A stretch of DNA of 64,000 nt from an uncultured Actinomycetota bacterium (GTDB lineage: Bacteria; Actinomycetota; Actinomycetes; Streptosporangiales; Streptosporangiaceae), in contig CAWKKD010000003.1 of NCBI GenBank assembly GCA_963850195.1, forward strand, positions 109,307 to 173,306, read 5' to 3'. Shown here piece after piece: positions 61,772 to 64,000 of this stretch. Below the pieces are notes generated by a model that did no database searches, was not told where the DNA came from, and saw nothing but the letters and a program-made list of their open reading frames with translations. Numbering within the stretch: position 1 is the stretch's first letter; every line of letters begins with the position of its first letter. The position numbers were made by a program, and so were the translations under genes.

Positions 61772-62424
61772 CGGTCCGCGTCGTGCTCACCGACGACCAG
61801 CCTCTCGTACGCGCCGCCCTGCAGATGGTCATCACCGATACTCCGGATGTGGACGTCGTCGGCGAGGCCGGCACCGGTGCCGAGGCGGTCCACCTGGCCG
61901 AGACCACCGGCGCCGACGTCGTGGTGATGGACCTCCGCATGCCCGGTATGGACGGGATCGAGGCCACCCGGCTGATCACGACGGGCCCCGGCACGGCGCG
62001 AGTCGTGGTCCTGACCACGTTCGACGACGACGACCACGTCTACGCCGCCCTGCGCGCGGGTGCGTCCGGGTTCCTGGTCAAGGACATGGCACTGGAGGAC
62101 ATCCTCGCCGCGATCCGCGTCGTCGCCGCCGGAGACGCCCTGATCGCCCCGAGCGTCACCCGCCGCCTGATCGAGGAGTTCGCCGGGCGGCCCGAACCGG
62201 CTCCCGGCCGACGCCCACTCGACGCCATCACCGACCGCGAACGCGAGGTACTGACCCTCGTCGGCCGCGGCCTGTCCAATACCGAGATCGCCGCCGACCT
62301 CTGCATCACGATGGCCACGGTGAAGACGTACGTCACGCGCCTGTTGGCCAAACTGGCCGCCCGCGACCGCGTACAGCTCGTCATCATCGCCTACGACACG
62401 GGCCTGGTCGCACCGCCCCGCTAG
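61768..62424 (+). CDS. Response regulator, NarL/LuxR family
   Basis: VVLTDDQPLVR...VVVMDLRMPGMDG receiver domain. C-terminal LTDREREVL...NTEIA HTH. ATGA overlap with the kinase. Confidence 0.92.
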   Translation: MTVRVVLTDDQPLVRAALQMVITDTPDVDVVGEAGTGAEAVHLAETTGADVVVMDLRMPGMDGIEATRLITTGPGTARVVVLTTFDDDDHVYAALRAGASGFLVKDMALEDILAAIRVVAAGDALIAPSVTRRLIEEFAGRPEPAPGRRPLDAITDREREVLTLVGRGLSNTEIAADLCITMATVKTYVTRLLAKLAARDRVQLVIIAYDTGLVAPPR

Positions 62425-62427
62425 GCG

Positions 62428-62445
62428 CTTCGAAATGTTTCGAAG
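62428..62445. promoter_or_regulatory. Perfect 18-bp palindrome CTTCGAAA-TG-TTTCGAAG (CGAAA-N2-TTTCG core)
   Basis: Read directly. It starts 4 nt after the response-regulator stop and lies 220 nt upstream of the xylanase gene. Confidence 0.5.
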
Positions 62446-62560
62446 TCCTTGTGGCTCCAGTCGGACTTTCATCAGTTTTCACGTGCGTGGGTGAACGTCG
62501 TATGCCATCTTCCCGGCAGGTCACGGCGTATTTGTGGCGCTGGATGGCTGATTGTGTGAG

Positions 62561-62572
62561 CGAAATCTTTCG
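62561..62572. promoter_or_regulatory. Second CGAAA-TC-TTTCG palindrome, abutting the putative xylanase -35
   Basis: It has the same 5-bp arms and 2-nt spacer as the box at 62428, and ends 10 nt upstream of TTGACG. Confidence 0.5.
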
Positions 62573-62582
62573 AAATTTATCG

Positions 62583-62611
62583 TTGACGGCACTCTGAAAC
62601 GGGCGCATGCT
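62583..62611 (+). promoter_or_regulatory. Candidate xylanase promoter (-35 TTGACG, 17-nt spacer, -10 CATGCT)
   Basis: Read directly, about 55 nt upstream of the ATG. Confidence 0.4.
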
Positions 62612-62665
62612 CGCTCCACCGAGCTCGCCGCGGCCTGGCCCCGCCAGCGTTCACGAGGAGGAAGC

Positions 62666-63352
62666 ATGTTCTTGAACGACGCCCCCGCCCACCCGATCAA
62701 CCGTAGAAGCTTCATCGTCCGTGCCGGTGCTCTGGCGCTGGCCACGTCCGCGATGATGCTGCCCGGCGCCGCGTACGCCGACACGACGATCACCACCAGT
62801 CAGACCGGCACCAACAACGGCTACTACTACTCGTTCTGGACCGATGGCGGCGGGTCGGTCTCCATGACCCTGTCGGCCGGCGGCAACTACCGGACCTCGT
62901 GGACCAACTGCGGGAACTTCGTCGCCGGAAAGGGCTGGAGTAACGGCGGGCGCAGGACCGTGAACTACTCGGGCAGCTTCAACCCGTCCGGCAACGGATA
63001 CCTGTCCCTCTACGGATGGACGTCGAACCCGCTCGTGGAGTACTACGTCGTCGACAACTGGGGCACCTACCGGCCGACGGGGACGTACAAGGGCACCGTC
63101 ACCAGCGACGGCGGTACGTACGACATCTACGAGACGACGCGGTACAACGCCCCCTCCGTCGAAGGCACGCGGACCTTCAACCAGTACTGGAGCGTCCGGC
63201 AGTCGAAGAGGACGGGCGGAACCATCACGACGGGCAACCACTTCGACGCGTGGGCCCGCTACGGGATGAACCTCGGCACCTTCAAGTACTACATGATCCT
63301 CGCGACAGAGGGATACCAGAGCAGCGGGAACTCCAACATCACGGTGGGCTGA
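62666..63352 (+). CDS. GH11 endo-1,4-beta-xylanase, Tat-secreted, catalytic domain only
   Basis: NRRSFIV Tat motif. [20 protein letters not shown] and [13 protein letters not shown] (both catalytic Glu). GAGGAGGAAG RBS. Confidence 0.95.
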   Translation: MFLNDAPAHPINRRSFIVRAGALALATSAMMLPGAAYADTTITTSQTGTNNGYYYSFWTDGGGSVSMTLSAGGNYRTSWTNCGNFVAGKGWSNGGRRTVNYSGSFNPSGNGYLSLYGWTSNPLVEYYVVDNWGTYRPTGTYKGTVTSDGGTYDIYETTRYNAPSVEGTRTFNQYWSVRQSKRTGGTITTGNHFDAWARYGMNLGTFKYYMILATEGYQSSGNSNITVG

Positions 63353-63411
63353 TGAACGTCCCGCCCGACGTCACCCGACCGCGCCGCCGCCAGTACGAGG
63401 AGGACTCCCGC

Positions 63412-64000
63412 ATGCGCACCACCCCACATCCGTCGAAACGCTCCCTGGTCACGGGACTGGCCGTCGCCGCGCTGGCCATGGCGAGCACGACCGTCGCCAC
63501 CGGCCCGTCGCACGCCGCCACCTGCAACGGGTACGTCGGGATCACCTTCGACGACGGCCCGTCCAACGACCACACCCCGAGCCTGCTCAACGCGCTCAGG
63601 CAGAACGGGATGCGGGCCACGCTGTTCAACGAGGGCCAGTACGCCGCCGCGTACCCGGCTCAGGTCCGTGCCGAGGTCAGCGCCGGTATGTGGGTCGGCA
63701 ACCACAGCTACACCCACCCGCACCTGACCCAGGAGAGCCAGGCGCAGATCGACTCTGAGCTCTCCCGTACCCAGCAGGCCATCGCCGGTGCGGGCGGCGG
63801 TACGCCGAGGCTGTTCCGCCCGCCGTACGGCGAGACCAACGGGACGCTGCAGTCCGTCGAGGCCAAGTACGGCCTGACCCAGATCATCTGGGACGTCGAC
63901 TCACAGGACTGGAACGGCGCCAGTGTCGACGCGATCGTGCAGGCCAACGCGCGGCTCACCAACGGCCAGATCATCCTCATGCACGAGTGGCCCGCCAACA
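63412..64000 (+). CDS. CE4 polysaccharide deacetylase / acetylxylan esterase (3' end outside the window)
   Basis: Absent from the ORF track because no stop falls in the window. Signal peptide. TFDDGP, NHSYTHP, FRPPYG and WDVDSQDW motifs. GAGGAGGA RBS. Confidence 0.9.
   Translation, partial: MRTTPHPSKRSLVTGLAVAALAMASTTVATGPSHAATCNGYVGITFDDGPSNDHTPSLLNALRQNGMRATLFNEGQYAAAYPAQVRAEVSAGMWVGNHSYTHPHLTQESQAQIDSELSRTQQAIAGAGGGTPRLFRPPYGETNGTLQSVEAKYGLTQIIWDVDSQDWNGASVDAIVQANARLTNGQIILMHEWPAN

Noticed and set aside
62434-62493. 19-codon ORF (MFRSPCGSSRTFISFHVRG) in the xylanase upstream region
   Set aside because: It has low GC3 and no RBS, and it overlaps the operator palindrome. It is most likely non-coding.

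Overview
High-GC (about 70%) actinomycete chromosomal segment. It is densely packed with about 57 protein-coding genes. I recognised no rRNA, tRNA, CRISPR array, transposase or integrase. Most of the window is core metabolism in an order I recall from Streptomyces and Mycobacterium: gnd; a xylose-type ABC transporter with a ROK regulator; padR; acnA; mug; idi and dxs; fprA; fadB and fadA; fadD; rnd; DUF3000; hemE, hemY and hemQ; msrB; a LigD-type primase-polymerase with a LigC-type ligase; and glgX. Accessory or unusual content: (1) a tightly coupled tetR, alpha/beta-hydrolase, hen1 and pnkp block, which includes the known Pnkp/Hen1 RNA-repair pair; (2) two adjacent zinc-ribbon membrane proteins, one of them an M48 protease; (3) a decay junction where a class-V aminotransferase fragment abuts a probably truncated ABC ATPase; (4) an orphan P450 coupled to an unannotated 50-codon ORF, facing a 968-aa AfsR-type SARP regulator; (5) an apparent five-gene envelope-enzyme operon divergent from a NarL-type two-component system; (6) a GH11 xylanase and CE4 esterase pair preceded by CGAAA-N2-TTTCG palindromes. 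Two small ORFs fall below the 60-aa cutoff of the supplied track (58 aa Cys-rich; 50 aa after the P450). A near-consensus IdeR/DtxR iron box lies upstream of a lone efeU. My best candidate for something undescribed is the P450, small-ORF and SARP mini-locus. The envelope operon is second. Both are hypotheses from sequence reading only. All family calls come from motif recognition by eye and no searches were run.
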